A model generated the notes under the pieces. The model was given only the letters and a program-made list of their open reading frames with translations, did no database searches and was not told the origin of the DNA. From the NCBI GenBank assembly GCA_027065125.1, contig JAMOOV010000046.1:1-55730 (forward strand): DNA of 55,730 bases. Reading direction: 5' to 3'. Positions 1-11,514 of this stretch are shown one piece after another. A program made the position numbers and the translations under genes. The stretch's first letter is position 1. Every line of letters starts with the position of its first letter. Origin of the DNA: Campylobacterales bacterium. GTDB lineage: Bacteria > Campylobacterota > Campylobacteria > Campylobacterales > JALSKU01.

Positions 1-413
1 AATTTTGATTTGAAATTATCTGTACCATCAATGATAAAATCATATTCTTGTATAATTTTTATCATATTTGTTTCATCAAGAAAAGTGTCGTATGTGATGA
101 CATTTGTATCGGGGTTTAAAGCATTTATGCTTTTTTTAGCAGATACTACTTTGGATACTCCTATCTCATCGGTAGAGTGGATTATCTGTCTTTGTAGGTT
201 AGATATATCCACCTCATCACCATCAGCTATACCTATGGTACCGACTCCTGTGGCTGCAAGATAAAGAGCAACAGGACTTCCAAGACCTCCTACTCCTATG
301 ATAAGCACTTTCGAATTTAAAAGTTTTAATTGCCCTTCTAAGCCAAAATATTTAAGAGATATGTGTCTTGCATATCTCTTTGCTTCGATATCCGATAACA
401 CCTCTTTTTTCAT
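1..413 (-). CDS. moeB: HesA/MoeB/ThiF family adenylyltransferase (5' part; runs off window start)
   Basis: Own translation from ATG at 413: MKKEVLSDIEAKRYARHISL...KVLIIGVGGLGSPVALYLAATGVGTIGIADGDEVDISNLQRQIIH...IIDGTDNF; GxGGLG and SNLQRQ motifs. Absent from ORF track because it has no stop in the window. Confidence 0.85.
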   Translation of the reverse strand, partial: MKKEVLSDIEAKRYARHISLKYFGLEGQLKLLNSKVLIIGVGGLGSPVALYLAATGVGTIGIADGDEVDISNLQRQIIHSTDEIGVSKVVSAKKSINALNPDTNVITYDTFLDETNMIKIIQEYDFIIDGTDNFKSK

Positions 414-415
414 AG

Positions 416-1531
416 CTACTCGTTAAAAAGTGATTTGAGAGCATTTGCATCCATAGTTTTTTCTCTATTTTCATTATTTTGTTCGGATGCTCCTCCTGCT
501 CTTTCGACAAGCTCTATTTCATAGCCTGTTAACATAGAAGCCAATCTTATGTTTATACCACTTTTGCCTATGGCTTTTGATTTTTGGTCGGCAGGCAGGG
601 TTACTATGGCTTTTTTACCCTCTATTTTAACTGCGGATACTATTGCAGGGCTTAGAGCTTTTGTTATATATATTTCAGGGATAGAGGAGTACTCTATGCA
701 GTCTATGTTTTCATTTTTAAGCTCTTTGCTAACCGCCATTATCCTAACACCTCTTGTTCCTACCGCGGCTCCTACCGGATCAATATTCGGATGTGATGAG
801 CTTAAAGATACTTTGGCTCTTTCTCCCGGAATTCTGGCAACATCGTGGATAATGACATTGCCATCTTTTATCTCAGGAACTTCAAGTTCAAGCAGTTTTT
901 CAAGAAATTTAGGAGTTGTTCTTGAGAGTTCCACTACCATACCTCTACCGGCATCTATATAAACTTTTCTTATAACACTTTTGACAACATTTCCAACCTT
1001 GAAACTCTCGCCTTTTATACGATTTCTTCTTGGAAGTATGGCTCTTACTTCATTTATCTCTATATAAGTGTTTTCTTCAAAATCAACTCTGACTACGGAA
1101 CCGGATATTATATGTCCTATCATTTTTTGATATTTTTCAAATATTTTATCCTCAAGAAGTCTTTGTATATGAAATTCAAGTTCTTTTTGAAGTACTGCTG
1201 AAGCAGTTCTTCCGAGATTGTCAAGAGGAAGTTTATAAGTCAATTCGTCCCCCACTTCAATATCGGAATCTATCTCTTTGGCTTTAGATAAAACCATATG
1301 ATTTTCATTGCTTTCTTTTGCTCTTTCATCATTATCGCTAACAACCAATACTTTTTGAAAAAGTTGTAAATTTTTTGTTTTGTCGTCTATATATACTTCG
1401 TACTCATACTCATCCCCATATACTTTTTTTGCAGTATTGTATAAAGATTTGACAACTACCTCTTTTACATTTTTTTTATCTAACCCTTTTTCATGAGCTA
1501 TTGATTCCACTATGTCTATGATTTTTTCCAT
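416..1531 (-). CDS. nusA: Transcription termination/antitermination factor NusA
   Basis: S1 and KH domains; ARIPGERAKV, DPVGAAVGTRGVRI, AIGKSGINIRLASMLTG motifs. Confidence 0.97.
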   Translation of the reverse strand: MEKIIDIVESIAHEKGLDKKNVKEVVVKSLYNTAKKVYGDEYEYEVYIDDKTKNLQLFQKVLVVSDNDERAKESNENHMVLSKAKEIDSDIEVGDELTYKLPLDNLGRTASAVLQKELEFHIQRLLEDKIFEKYQKMIGHIISGSVVRVDFEENTYIEINEVRAILPRRNRIKGESFKVGNVVKSVIRKVYIDAGRGMVVELSRTTPKFLEKLLELEVPEIKDGNVIIHDVARIPGERAKVSLSSSHPNIDPVGAAVGTRGVRIMAVSKELKNENIDCIEYSSIPEIYITKALSPAIVSAVKIEGKKAIVTLPADQKSKAIGKSGINIRLASMLTGYEIELVERAGGASEQNNENREKTMDANALKSLFNE

Positions 1532-1644
1532 AATATAATTCCATAACCTTTTAAACTTTTCTTTGCAATGAGAAAAAATGATTTTTTATATTGCAGATAT
1601 TTATTATACAGAAAATCTACTTAATTGGCAATTTATTATCAAAG

Positions 1645-1653
1645 TGGTATAAT
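1645..1653 (+). promoter_or_regulatory. Extended -10 sigma70-type promoter (TGgTATAAT) for HP0268-like/miaB operon
   Basis: TGnTATAAT about 33 nt upstream of ATG 1686, followed by AAGAGG SD. Confidence 0.6.
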
Positions 1654-1685
1654 AATATCCATTATAATAACTGAAAGAGGAAAAT

Positions 1686-1928
1686 ATGGAATTAAAACTT
1701 GCAAAAATGGAACTTGGCGGGAAAGTAAAAAAAATTAAACTTGAAAAGATAGAAGAGATTTTAAAAAATGAAGGGCAGAAGATATTTTATTTTGACAAAA
1801 GTAACTCTCATAAGGATTTAGTATCTTTAGTTGAGCATTTTGAAGAGCTTGGATATAGTGTTTATCTAAGAGAGGTTAAATACACCTTGGATGAAAATGA
1901 CTATATTTATGAGATACACATACTGTAG
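1686..1928 (+). CDS. HP0268-family small nuclease-like protein
   Basis: 80 aa, MELKLA...FYFDKSNSHKDL...YLREVKYTLDENDYIYEIH; typical position upstream of miaB in Campylobacterota. Confidence 0.8.
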   Translation: MELKLAKMELGGKVKKIKLEKIEEILKNEGQKIFYFDKSNSHKDLVSLVEHFEELGYSVYLREVKYTLDENDYIYEIHIL

Positions 1929-1940
1929 TTTTGGACAGAC

Positions 1941-3248
1941 ATGGGTAAAAAACTCTATATAGAAACTATCGGTTGTGCTATGAATGTTAGAGATAGCGAG
2001 CATATCATAGCAGAACTAAGAGATAAAGAGGGGTATGAAGTAGTAGAAGATATTTCGAGTGCCGATTTGATATTAATTAACACTTGCAGTGTCAGAGAAA
2101 AGCCGGTACATAAACTCTTTTCCGAGATAGGGGTTTTCAATAAAAAGAAAAAACCGGATGCAAAGATAGGGGTTTGTGGCTGTACAGCAAGTCATCTTGG
2201 AGAAGAGATACTTAAAAAAGCTCCATCAGTTAGTTTTGTTTTGGGTGCTAGAAATGTATCTAAGATATCTAAAGCCATAAAAACGGAAAATTTTGTAGAT
2301 GTAGATATAGATTATGATGAGAGCGAGTATGCCTTTGGGGATTTTAGAAGTTCCCCATATAAGGCATATATCAATATATCTATAGGATGCGATAAAAGTT
2401 GCACCTATTGCATAGTTCCTCATACAAGAGGAGATGAGATATCCATACCTCCTAATATCATCATAAATGAAGTTAAAAAAGCGGTTGATTCGGGAGCTAA
2501 AGAGATATTTCTTCTTGGACAAAATGTCAACAACTACGGAGTTAGATTTAGAGATAAAACTCTAAAAAAGATGGATTTTAGCGATCTTTTGGAAATGGTA
2601 TCGGAGGTAGAAGGTGTAGAGAGGATAAGATTTACATCTCCTCATCCTTTGCATATGGATGATAAGTTTCTAAAGGTCTTCGCATCCAATCCAAAGATAT
2701 GCAAATCCATGCATATGCCTTTACAAAGCGGATCTACAAAGATACTAAAGGCTATGAAGAGAGGCTACTCTAAAGAATGGTTTTTAGATAGAGCCTTTAA
2801 ACTAAGAGAGATGGTAAAAGATGTTCATATAAGTACGGATGTTATAGTGGCATTTCCCGGAGAGAGTGATGAAGACTTCGAGGATACTTTGGATGTTGTT
2901 AAAAAAGTTAGATTTGAGCAAATGTTCTCTTTTAAGTATTCTCCCAGACCGCTAACAAAAGCAGCTGAATTTAAAGAGCAAATTCCAAGTGATATAGGTA
3001 GTCAAAGATTGAAAACTCTTCAAGATTTGCATAGCGATATACTTGATGAAATCAGCCTTGCTCAGCAGGGAAAGATTTATACTGTTTTGTTTGAAGAGTT
3101 GAGATCAAACGATATGGTTGCCGGAAGAAGTGATAATAATTTTATGATACAAACTAATGGTAACAAAGAGTTATTGGGTAAATTTGCAGATGTCAAAATC
3201 ACAAACCCGAGAAGAATGGTTCTTTATGGAGATATTGTCAAGACATGA
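1941..3248 (+). CDS. miaB: tRNA-i6A37 methylthiotransferase MiaB
   Basis: [18 protein letters not shown], radical [12 protein letters not shown]-terminal TRAM domain. Confidence 0.96.
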   Translation: MGKKLYIETIGCAMNVRDSEHIIAELRDKEGYEVVEDISSADLILINTCSVREKPVHKLFSEIGVFNKKKKPDAKIGVCGCTASHLGEEILKKAPSVSFVLGARNVSKISKAIKTENFVDVDIDYDESEYAFGDFRSSPYKAYINISIGCDKSCTYCIVPHTRGDEISIPPNIIINEVKKAVDSGAKEIFLLGQNVNNYGVRFRDKTLKKMDFSDLLEMVSEVEGVERIRFTSPHPLHMDDKFLKVFASNPKICKSMHMPLQSGSTKILKAMKRGYSKEWFLDRAFKLREMVKDVHISTDVIVAFPGESDEDFEDTLDVVKKVRFEQMFSFKYSPRPLTKAAEFKEQIPSDIGSQRLKTLQDLHSDILDEISLAQQGKIYTVLFEELRSNDMVAGRSDNNFMIQTNGNKELLGKFADVKITNPRRMVLYGDIVKT

Positions 3249-3880
3249 GCAGGAAATTTAAGAGAAAATTGATACTTTTTCTTGCTCCTCCTATTGGCTA
3301 TGCAATAATAAATTTGATATATCTAAGTTGCAGAAAGAAGTTTTTTCTACCGACTAAAGAGTTGGGAGATGAGCCTTGTATTATAGCATTTTGGCATGGA
3401 AAACTTTTGATGCAGCCATTTTTATATAAAAAGCTTAGAAAGAATCATAAAGTTGCCACTATGATAAGTGAGCATTTTGATGGAGAAGTTTTATCAAGGA
3501 TGGTAAAATTTTTTGGATTTGACTCTATTAGAGGAAGTAGTAAAAAGGGAGCCATTAAAGTTTTAAAAGAGGCTTTTAAAAAAGTAAACGAAGGATATGA
3601 TATAGGGATAACCCCTGATGGGCCAAGAGGTCCCAAATATAGTGTGGCTGATGGTACGGTAGCTATAGCTCAAAAGAAAGATTTATCAATCGTGCCTTGT
3701 AATTTTTATGCAAACTCTTTTTGGAGATTGAAGAGTTGGGATGGTTTTATGATCCCCAAGCCATTTTCTACTATATATTTGTATGCGGATGAGCCTTTTT
3801 CCTTAAAAGGTTTAGATATGGATGTTGCAAAAGATAAGATAGTTGAGGTCTTGATGAAGAGAGAGGATATAGTGCTGTGA
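3245..3880 (+). CDS. DUF374 / lysophospholipid acyltransferase-family protein (LpxJ-like)
   Basis: [38 protein letters not shown] motifs. Confidence 0.8.
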   Translation: MSRKFKRKLILFLAPPIGYAIINLIYLSCRKKFFLPTKELGDEPCIIAFWHGKLLMQPFLYKKLRKNHKVATMISEHFDGEVLSRMVKFFGFDSIRGSSKKGAIKVLKEAFKKVNEGYDIGITPDGPRGPKYSVADGTVAIAQKKDLSIVPCNFYANSFWRLKSWDGFMIPKPFSTIYLYADEPFSLKGLDMDVAKDKIVEVLMKREDIVL

Positions 3881-4329
3881 ATAAAAGATTTTTTTATATC
3901 TTTATCATCATGATAGTGACCCTTGGAACTACATACTTTTTTATGTTTGATAACTCTTACAAAGAGTCTTTGAAGGCAAGATTTTATTATACTGTTGGGG
4001 AGTATGATAAAGCATATTCTTTATCAAAAAAAGTCTATCTGAAAAACTCTTATAATACGATGGCTTTAACCATCATGACTCAAAGTAAAATAGCACTATC
4101 TTATGAAAAATATATAAAAAATGCTAAGAAATATCTAAAAGAGATACAAATGATAAGCTCATCTAACAAAATATCTCAGAAAGATTTGATAAAGATAAAG
4201 TTGATTTGTGAAGTTGCGATGGGAGAGTATAAAAGTCTTAAATCGTCAGTTTTAAATAATGATACTCTTTGTGATAAAGCTACAAAGTTATATAAAAAAT
4301 TTGAGAAAATATATAATGAACTTTTTTGA
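3877..4329 (+). CDS. Membrane-anchored hypothetical protein (helical/TPR-like)
   Basis: N-terminal TM helix; overlaps neighbours in operon fashion. Confidence 0.65.
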   Translation: MNKRFFYIFIIMIVTLGTTYFFMFDNSYKESLKARFYYTVGEYDKAYSLSKKVYLKNSYNTMALTIMTQSKIALSYEKYIKNAKKYLKEIQMISSSNKISQKDLIKIKLICEVAMGEYKSLKSSVLNNDTLCDKATKLYKKFEKIYNELF

Positions 4330-5152
4330 AAAAGAGATAGATAAATTTTTAAGATATAAAAAAGAGGTTGCAGGTTTTAGTGAAAATTCATATAAGACTT
4401 ATAAGTTAAATTTGATAGAGGCTTGTAAATACATAGGGGTTGAAAAAAATGAAGATGTAATAATTGTTAATCTTATGCCGTATAGAGTAAAGATTTCCAA
4501 TAATAAGAAAAAAACTATAGCCAAAAAGATAAGTATTGTAAGAAGTTTTATAGAATTTTTAAAAGATAATTCTAAAAACATTAAACTTGTAGGGGATGAG
4601 TTGGTAAAGGTTCCTAAAACTTTGCCTAAACCTATAAATTTTAGCTATATAAAAAGTGTTCTTTTGGAAGCGGAGCCTATGGATAGGCTTATTGTTTTGC
4701 TTTTATATGGTCTTGGATTGAGGATATCTGAATTGTCAAATTTAAAAAAAAGTGATATTCAAAATAGTTGGATAAGAGTTGTGGGAAAAGGTTCAAAAAC
4801 AAGAAATATACCGTTATTGCCCTCAATCAAAGAAGAAATTGATAAATTTTTGAATGAAAATGAAACTTTTTTGTATATTTTTGAGAAAAAAGGAAAAAAA
4901 TTAAGCGAAAATAGTCTAAGATATAGAGTAAATAAAATTTTTAAGCATATTGGTATAAAAGTGACTCCTCATCAGTTGAGGCACTCTTATGCAACTGACT
5001 TGTTAAACAATGGTAGCAGAATAAGTGATGTTAGTATGCTTTTGGGGCATAGCTCTTTATCTACTACTCAAATATATACAAAACTTAATAGTGGATATAA
5101 GATAGAAAATTATAAAAAAGCACATCCTTTATGTAAGGAAATTTATGGATAA
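4316..5152 (+). CDS. XerC/XerD-like tyrosine recombinase
   Basis: Catalytic R-K-H-R-H-Y set: GLRISEL, GKGSKTR, HQLRHSYAT, LLGH, TTQIYT; probable start ATG 4316. Confidence 0.9.
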   Translation: MNFFEKEIDKFLRYKKEVAGFSENSYKTYKLNLIEACKYIGVEKNEDVIIVNLMPYRVKISNNKKKTIAKKISIVRSFIEFLKDNSKNIKLVGDELVKVPKTLPKPINFSYIKSVLLEAEPMDRLIVLLLYGLGLRISELSNLKKSDIQNSWIRVVGKGSKTRNIPLLPSIKEEIDKFLNENETFLYIFEKKGKKLSENSLRYRVNKIFKHIGIKVTPHQLRHSYATDLLNNGSRISDVSMLLGHSSLSTTQIYTKLNSGYKIENYKKAHPLCKEIYG

Positions 5153-6170
5153 AATTAGCAAAATGATACAAAAAAGGTTTGCAAATATTTTTGTTGCCAT
5201 AGTCTCTGAAGAAAACGAGTATGTTATAAAATATATTGTTGTAAAAAAAGGGAATATTGTCTCTAAAGATGAAAAAAGATTTTCTATGGGAGAAGATAAA
5301 AAATTATCTTCTGATACAAAGGGATTTTTGCACTCTTTTCAAAAAGATTATAAGTTTGTTTATATATCTTATCTGCTTGATTCTCTTGGACAAGGATGTA
5401 TTTCTACTTGTTCGAATGAAAAGATTGAAGAGTATAAAATAGATAAAAATAATATTTTTCAAGTTTGTGTAGAGAATAGTTGGATGGTATATACATCAAA
5501 AACGGATATAAAGTGGATAAAAAGTCTCTTTGGAGATATAGGGTTGGATTTTATCTTTTCTCCTTATATTGTTTTAAATAATTTTATAAATAAAAATAAA
5601 GATTGCAATAAACAAACATTGCATTTTTTATACATGGAAAATTCTATAACGATATTGATTTTTGATGAAAAAAAGTTGATTTTTAATGCTTTTTTTAAAA
5701 TCCCATATAAAGAGTTTAACTTTGACAATGATGAAGAGTTCAAACCTGAAAGTAGTGAAGATATTTCTGATGGTATTGAGCTTGACAATATTGAATCTGA
5801 AGAGGATGAATTTGAAAATTTTGTTGATATTGCAAAATTAGATGATGATAGTGATGATGAAATAGATGAAGAGGATGATATACTAAGTAGTGCTAAAGAA
5901 GATATCAAATCTTCTGCTTTAGAGGATTTGGAACTTTATGGTAAAGAGATGATAATCTTTAAATATCTTCACTCTGCCATAGAGGAGTATTATAAAAACG
6001 ATAAATATGAAAGTGAATTTTTGGAAGATATTATTATTTATAATGATTCTAATATTAGTAATGATATAATAACTATGATTGAAAACGATTTATTTTTAAA
6101 TGTAGAGATTCATACCGTAGATGCAAAGGAAGAAATGATAAATATGTCTATTGAAGAGGTGGATTTTTGA
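5145..6170 (+). CDS. Conserved hypothetical protein, PilM-like (acidic insertion)
   Basis: First of three genes in pilM-N-O arrangement; synteny with H. pylori miaB-DUF374-pilMNO region; long D/E-rich tract. Confidence 0.55.
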   Translation: MDKISKMIQKRFANIFVAIVSEENEYVIKYIVVKKGNIVSKDEKRFSMGEDKKLSSDTKGFLHSFQKDYKFVYISYLLDSLGQGCISTCSNEKIEEYKIDKNNIFQVCVENSWMVYTSKTDIKWIKSLFGDIGLDFIFSPYIVLNNFINKNKDCNKQTLHFLYMENSITILIFDEKKLIFNAFFKIPYKEFNFDNDEEFKPESSEDISDGIELDNIESEEDEFENFVDIAKLDDDSDDEIDEEDDILSSAKEDIKSSALEDLELYGKEMIIFKYLHSAIEEYYKNDKYESEFLEDIIIYNDSNISNDIITMIENDLFLNVEIHTVDAKEEMINMSIEEVDF

Positions 6171-6685
6171 AGTATAGCTTTATTGAACCCGGCAAAAAAG
6201 AGTTGATAGATACTACTTCAAAAATGTGGCTCGGCTTTATTGTATTTGTTGTTATATTTCTTTTCTCTTTTGATGTATTGATAAAATTTAAAATCAATTC
6301 CTTAAATAAACAAAGAGTGCAAAATACAGCAAAAATTTCTAATTTTAAAAAGAAAATCAAAAAGCTTCAGCAAGATATTGTTTTTTTAAATCAAGAAAAA
6401 TCTCAAGCTGAAGATATTTATGCATCAAATACGATTTTAAAAAATAGTATAAAAAATCTTTTCGATCTCGTTCCGGATAAAATAACACTAAGTCAAGTTA
6501 TTATGAAAAAAAATTCTTTAACTTTATACGGTATTACCCCATCAAAAGATACATTTAATTTTTTACTCGGTTCTCCATTGAAATCTATTTTTCAAAGCAG
6601 TAATACAATATTTTATTTAAATGATAATGGATGGTATAGGTTTGTTAGTATCAATAAAATAATTAATAAAGAAGATGGGTTATGA
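6167..6685 (+). CDS. PilN-like protein
   Basis: N-terminal TM, coiled coil, then LFDLVPDKITLSQV..SLTLYGIT resembling PilN core. Confidence 0.65.
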   Translation: MKYSFIEPGKKELIDTTSKMWLGFIVFVVIFLFSFDVLIKFKINSLNKQRVQNTAKISNFKKKIKKLQQDIVFLNQEKSQAEDIYASNTILKNSIKNLFDLVPDKITLSQVIMKKNSLTLYGITPSKDTFNFLLGSPLKSIFQSSNTIFYLNDNGWYRFVSINKIINKEDGL

Positions 6686-7197
6686 AAAATATAAATATAT
6701 TAAAGCTTTTAACATTTTTATTTATTTTTATATTTGTTGTATTCTCTATTGTTTTTATATTTATAGTGCCGGATATAAAAAAGTTAAAAACAGCAAGATT
6801 TAAAAGCAAGAAGGCATACAATGTGTATAGTTATACCAATAACACTTTAAAATCAAAAGAGAAAGAATTAAAAGAATTAAAGCATGACAATCTAAAAATA
6901 ATTAGAGCTTTTGATAATAGTTTTGATAAAAATGATTTTTTAAAATTTTCTAAAAAATATTTTATTTATGCAAAATTGATAAAAAATGAGAAAAAAACAT
7001 ATAAAAAAGATTTTATCCAATACAGCTTCAATACAGTTTCTAAAATAGCAGATCCGGCGGTATTTTATAAATTTTTAACAGCAATAAATAGTTACGATAA
7101 TATTATTCAAGTTAATTTTCCTATCCACATGAGAGCGGTAGGGGATGATATAAATACTACTTTTAATTTAAAAGTCTATACTTTAAAAGGTAAATAA
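6682..7197 (+). CDS. PilO-like protein
   Basis: N-terminal TM, coiled coil, C-terminal FYKFLTAINSYDNII...FNLKVY resembling PilO. Confidence 0.6.
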   Translation: MKNINILKLLTFLFIFIFVVFSIVFIFIVPDIKKLKTARFKSKKAYNVYSYTNNTLKSKEKELKELKHDNLKIIRAFDNSFDKNDFLKFSKKYFIYAKLIKNEKKTYKKDFIQYSFNTVSKIADPAVFYKFLTAINSYDNIIQVNFPIHMRAVGDDINTTFNLKVYTLKGK

Positions 7198-8181
7198 GTC
7201 TATATTTTTTTTATATAAATAACCTCTGATTTTTGGCGGTATTTTTTTTATTCTGCACTTTTCTTTAAATTTTTTATCCATCTTTGTTTTGATATAAGGT
7301 GAGATATATATTGAATTTTTATCTAAAACTATAGCAAATCTGTCTGATATTACTACATCTTTTTTTTGTATTATTTCGTCTCTTTGTGTTTTTGAGAGTA
7401 AATATCCGCAATGCTTAAGAATATTATCGATAATTCTTATCTCTAAAATGTCATCAAACGATCTTTCGATGATGTATAAATCTTCTATTTTCTTTATCTC
7501 TTTTTGATTGAAAATTTTATCTTTATCAGCTTTTAAGTATCTAAAGCTATTGATGATACCGTTTTTATGATTTTTTATAAGAGGAGAAGAGAAACTTTTT
7601 CTAAAATAGTTTCTTTTGTATTTTAAATCAAAATTGCTTTTATCGATAAAATAATTTAGTTTGTTTATTTGTAGAAATTCTATTAATTCGTCTTTAGAAT
7701 ACTCTATAAGAGGTCTGATTAAGGTATAATTTTCTCTTTTTTCTATCTCTTCAAATCCCAAAAGTTCTACCAATCCGGCTCCTTTTGTGAGTTGCATCAA
7801 GAACCATTCAAGTTTATCATCAAGCTGGTGTGCTGTTATGAGATTGTTATATCCTATATCTTTGATCGTTTTATCAAAAAAGTCATATCTTATACATCTT
7901 GCATTATATTCGAAATTATTTTTAGGGATAGTAACTTTTTTTATGTATATCTTTTTTTTATATTTCTTTGCCAACTCTTTTGCATAATTTTCTTCTTTAT
8001 CAGATTCATCTCTTGTTTGATAATTTACACTAATCATGTCAAAAGTAATATCATGTTCTTTTAATATAAAAAACAATGCCGAAGAATCAACTCCTCCCGA
8101 AAAAGCAAGTAAATTTTTCCCTGTCCTTAAGGCTTTTAGTGATTTCTCAGAGAGTTTATATAGCTTTTTTAACTGATGCAA
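7183..8181 (-). CDS. tilS: tRNA(Ile)-lysidine synthetase
   Basis: PP-loop [28 protein letters not shown]. Confidence 0.93.
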   Translation of the reverse strand: MHQLKKLYKLSEKSLKALRTGKNLLAFSGGVDSSALFFILKEHDITFDMISVNYQTRDESDKEENYAKELAKKYKKKIYIKKVTIPKNNFEYNARCIRYDFFDKTIKDIGYNNLITAHQLDDKLEWFLMQLTKGAGLVELLGFEEIEKRENYTLIRPLIEYSKDELIEFLQINKLNYFIDKSNFDLKYKRNYFRKSFSSPLIKNHKNGIINSFRYLKADKDKIFNQKEIKKIEDLYIIERSFDDILEIRIIDNILKHCGYLLSKTQRDEIIQKKDVVISDRFAIVLDKNSIYISPYIKTKMDKKFKEKCRIKKIPPKIRGYLYKKNIDLFTF

Positions 8182-9463
8182 GTAATTTATCTCCTACCAA
8201 TTTTTCTATTTTTGCCAAATATATACAATCCGGTTCAAGATGAATTTCTGTATCATTTATAAGTATTTCACCATCAATTTCCGGAGCCCACAAAAGATCT
8301 CTAGCCCCCATAAAAAACTCTCCTTCGCTACTTTCACCGGTAGTTAAGACCAATCTGTCCTTTCCTATAAATTTTTTTAAGCTATTGTTTGTTTTTTTCT
8401 CTACAATTTTATCAAGGATATCAATTCTTTTGTTTATAACACTTTGTGGAACTTTTTCTTTCATTTCATAAGCCTTAGTATCCTCTTCATCAGAGTATGC
8501 AAAAAGACTAACCCTGTCAAAATCAAATTTTTCTAAAAAATCTTTTAATTCATTGAAATCTTCCTCATTTTCGCCCGGATGCCCCACTATGATAGATGTT
8601 CTTATGAAACTATTCTTAAAACTTTTCATAAGTTCTAATTGCTCTTTTATCCTATCTGTTCCCGCACCTCTTTTCATGATCTTCAGCATTTTATCGCTAA
8701 TATGCTGAATTGGCATTTCAAAATAGTTGTGAAATATAGATGAGTTAGCTATCTTTTTTATCAATTCATTGCTTGTGGTAGTGGGATATAGATATAAAAT
8801 TCTGGCACTTTTAATGGCATTAATTTTCTCTATCTCATCAATTAGCTTTATCAATCCATCTTTTTCATCAAAATCTTTTAAGTATGAGCTACTGTCTTGA
8901 GAAATAAAACTAAAGTCAAAAAATCCTTTGTCCACCAATCTTTTAACTTCAGCGACTATACTATCTATGCTTCTTGATTTTAATTTTCCCTTAAAACCCG
9001 GAATTGCACAAAAGCTACAAGTTTGATTGCACCCTTCGCTTAGTTTTATATATGCATGAGATCCACTTCCTGTTATAACCCTCTCTTCATCTTGTAAAAG
9101 ATATGTTTTAGTAGAAAACATAGATTTTTTTGCTTTTACAATTTTATCTATCTTGTCATAATCTCCAACACCTGTAAAAATATCAACCTCTTTTAACTCT
9201 TTTTGGAGTTCATCTTTATATCTTTGGCTCAAACAACCACTAACAACAAGCAAAGAGTCCTTTTTTCTTTGAGAGTGTAGTTCAAAGATTGTATTTAAAC
9301 TTTCCTCTTTTGCAGGATTGATGAAACCACAAGTATTGACTATGAGTAAATCCGCCTCTGAGGGATTGTCCGTTAGCTCATATTCTTTTAATTTAGCTAT
9401 CATAACTTCGCTATCTACTAAATTTTTAGTACAGCCAAGACTTACAAGATGTAATTTTTTCAC
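8156..9463 (-). CDS. rimO: Ribosomal protein S12 methylthiotransferase
   Basis: [32 protein letters not shown]. Confidence 0.95.
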   Translation of the reverse strand: MKKLHLVSLGCTKNLVDSEVMIAKLKEYELTDNPSEADLLIVNTCGFINPAKEESLNTIFELHSQRKKDSLLVVSGCLSQRYKDELQKELKEVDIFTGVGDYDKIDKIVKAKKSMFSTKTYLLQDEERVITGSGSHAYIKLSEGCNQTCSFCAIPGFKGKLKSRSIDSIVAEVKRLVDKGFFDFSFISQDSSSYLKDFDEKDGLIKLIDEIEKINAIKSARILYLYPTTTSNELIKKIANSSIFHNYFEMPIQHISDKMLKIMKRGAGTDRIKEQLELMKSFKNSFIRTSIIVGHPGENEEDFNELKDFLEKFDFDRVSLFAYSDEEDTKAYEMKEKVPQSVINKRIDILDKIVEKKTNNSLKKFIGKDRLVLTTGESSEGEFFMGARDLLWAPEIDGEILINDTEIHLEPDCIYLAKIEKLVGDKLLASVKKAI

Positions 9464-9516
9464 TTACATTATCCTTAAAAGTTCTGTTTTTTCATCATCA
9501 AATATCATTTTATTCC

Positions 9517-10341
9517 TTATATCCAAATATTATCTATCAATCTTGTAATACCTACAAAAGCAGCTATGAGAATGATGCTGTCACCTATAGCTATCTCATT
9601 TTGTATATTAAAATCTCTATCCACTATCTCTACATATTCGATTTTGATATCTTGTAACTCATTTTTTATCTTCTCTTTTATCTTCTTTGATGATTTTTCT
9701 CCGTTTGATATGAGTTTTGCGGCATTTTTTAGGGATCGTGATATTTTTGTTGCTCTCTCTTTTTCACTTGATGTTAAGTAATCATTTCTGCTACTTAAAG
9801 CCAAACCGTTTTCATCTCTAATAATTTCGCACTCTATGATGTCTGTAGGTAAAAATAGCTCATTTACCATCTTTTTGACCAGATAGAGTTGTTGAGCATC
9901 TTTTTTTCCAAAGTATGCCTTGTTTGCTTTAGTGATATTTAAAAGCTTTAACACTACTTGTAAAACTCCGTTGAAATGCCCCGGTCTATGATATCCTTCA
10001 AGTATAAAACCTTTTGTTTTCGGAGCTACGATAGACAATTCGTCTTTAAAATATATCTCCTCTTTTGACGGTATAAAAAGTATATCAACTCCGGCAAAAT
10101 TGCATACTTTTTTGTCCGCTTCAATCTTTTTCGGGTACTTATCGAAATCTTCATTTTCAAGAAACTGAGTAGGGTTTACAAATATAGAAACTATTGTTAT
10201 ATCGTTTTCTTGAACAGATCTTTTTATTAAAGAGATATGTCCGTTATGCAATGCCCCCATGGTGGGTACGAAGCCTATTTGTTTATTCCTGAATTGAGAT
10301 ATATATTCAATTAAATTTTTTGTTTTTGTAAATATTTTCAT
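9517..10341 (-). CDS. panC: Pantoate-beta-alanine ligase
   Basis: VPTMGALHNGH, FVNPTQF, RPGHFNGV, FGKKDAQQ, GLALSSRN, RLIDN; start ATG 10341 (or TTG 10350). Confidence 0.96.
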   Translation of the reverse strand: MKIFTKTKNLIEYISQFRNKQIGFVPTMGALHNGHISLIKRSVQENDITIVSIFVNPTQFLENEDFDKYPKKIEADKKVCNFAGVDILFIPSKEEIYFKDELSIVAPKTKGFILEGYHRPGHFNGVLQVVLKLLNITKANKAYFGKKDAQQLYLVKKMVNELFLPTDIIECEIIRDENGLALSSRNDYLTSSEKERATKISRSLKNAAKLISNGEKSSKKIKEKIKNELQDIKIEYVEIVDRDFNIQNEIAIGDSIILIAAFVGITRLIDNIWI

Positions 10342-10398
10342 TTTAAGCAACTTTTTTGTAAAATAGATTTCAAATTATAACATAACTTAGGAGATTTT

Positions 10399-11499
10399 TT
10401 GGATAATTACGAATATAATGAACTTTTGAAAAGATTGAGTACAAAGATTGAAAATATACAAAAAATTATAAATCCCCAAAAGCTTGAAAATAGAGTTAAA
10501 GAGATAGAGCAGATGGAGGGTTCTAATGAATTTTGGAATGATGCCAAAAGAGCCGGAGCTTTGCAAAAAGAGAAAAATCTAGCTTTATCTATGTTATCTA
10601 AATTCAAAAAGGCTAAAAATGCACTTGAAGATGCTGTAGAGCTTTTAGAAATGTCAAATGAAGAGAATGATGAAGAAACAAAGCAGATACTTTTTGATGA
10701 TGCTCCAAAACTTGAAGAGTTGATAACTAAGCTTGAAATTACCATGATGTTAAGCGGCGAAAATGACGATAAAAATGCTATCATATCTATCCATCCCGGA
10801 GCCGGAGGTACAGAGAGTCAAGACTGGACCAGTATGATATACAGAATGTACCTAAGATGGGCTGAGAGAATGGGATTTAAGGTTGAGGTTCTTGACTATC
10901 AGGATGGAGAGGAAGCCGGTATAAAAGATGTAAGTTTCATTATCAAGGGTGAAAATGCTTATGGGTATCTGAAGGTGGAAAATGGCATACACAGACTTGT
11001 CAGGATATCACCGTTTGACAGTAATGCAAAAAGGCATACATCCTTTTGTTCTGTTATGGTTAGCCCTGAAGTTGATGATGATATAAATATAGTCATAGAA
11101 GATAAAGATATAAGAGTGGATACTTATAGAGCAAGCGGTGCAGGTGGTCAGCATGTAAACAAGACAGACTCCGCTATAAGGATAACACATATCCCAACAG
11201 GTATAGTAGTGCAATGTCAAAATGATAGAAGTCAACATAAAAATAGAGCTACAGCGGAAAAGATGTTAAAATCAAGACTATATGAGCTTGAACTCATGAA
11301 ACAGCAGTCTGAAAAGGATGGTGTTGAAAAAAGTGAGATAGGGTGGGGACATCAGATAAGGAGTTATGTCTTGGCTCCATATAGACAAGTAAAAGATAAT
11401 AGAAGTAACAAAGCATACTCAAATGTCGATGCTATACTTGACGGAGATATTACGAAAGTTTTAGAGGATGTATTGATAACAGTTAGCAATCAAAATTAA
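10399..11499 (+). CDS. prfB: Peptide chain release factor 2 (continuous ORF, no frameshift)
   Basis: SPF motif, GAGGQHVN; TTG start with AGGAG SD at 10389-10393. Confidence 0.97.
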   Translation: MDNYEYNELLKRLSTKIENIQKIINPQKLENRVKEIEQMEGSNEFWNDAKRAGALQKEKNLALSMLSKFKKAKNALEDAVELLEMSNEENDEETKQILFDDAPKLEELITKLEITMMLSGENDDKNAIISIHPGAGGTESQDWTSMIYRMYLRWAERMGFKVEVLDYQDGEEAGIKDVSFIIKGENAYGYLKVENGIHRLVRISPFDSNAKRHTSFCSVMVSPEVDDDINIVIEDKDIRVDTYRASGAGGQHVNKTDSAIRITHIPTGIVVQCQNDRSQHKNRATAEKMLKSRLYELELMKQQSEKDGVEKSEIGWGHQIRSYVLAPYRQVKDNRSNKAYSNVDAILDGDITKVLEDVLITVSNQN

Positions 11500-11514
11500 A
11501 TTACGGAGGCTTTT

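Noticed and set aside
10-264. 84-aa plus-strand ORF
   Set aside because: Antisense shadow of the moeB-like gene.
3877-7197. Integrative element around the tyrosine recombinase
   Set aside because: No att repeats, tRNA or mobile cargo; genes overlap within a conserved operon.
10399-10500. prfB programmed +1 frameshift
   Set aside because: ORF is continuous with no CTT-TGA site; expected for this lineage.
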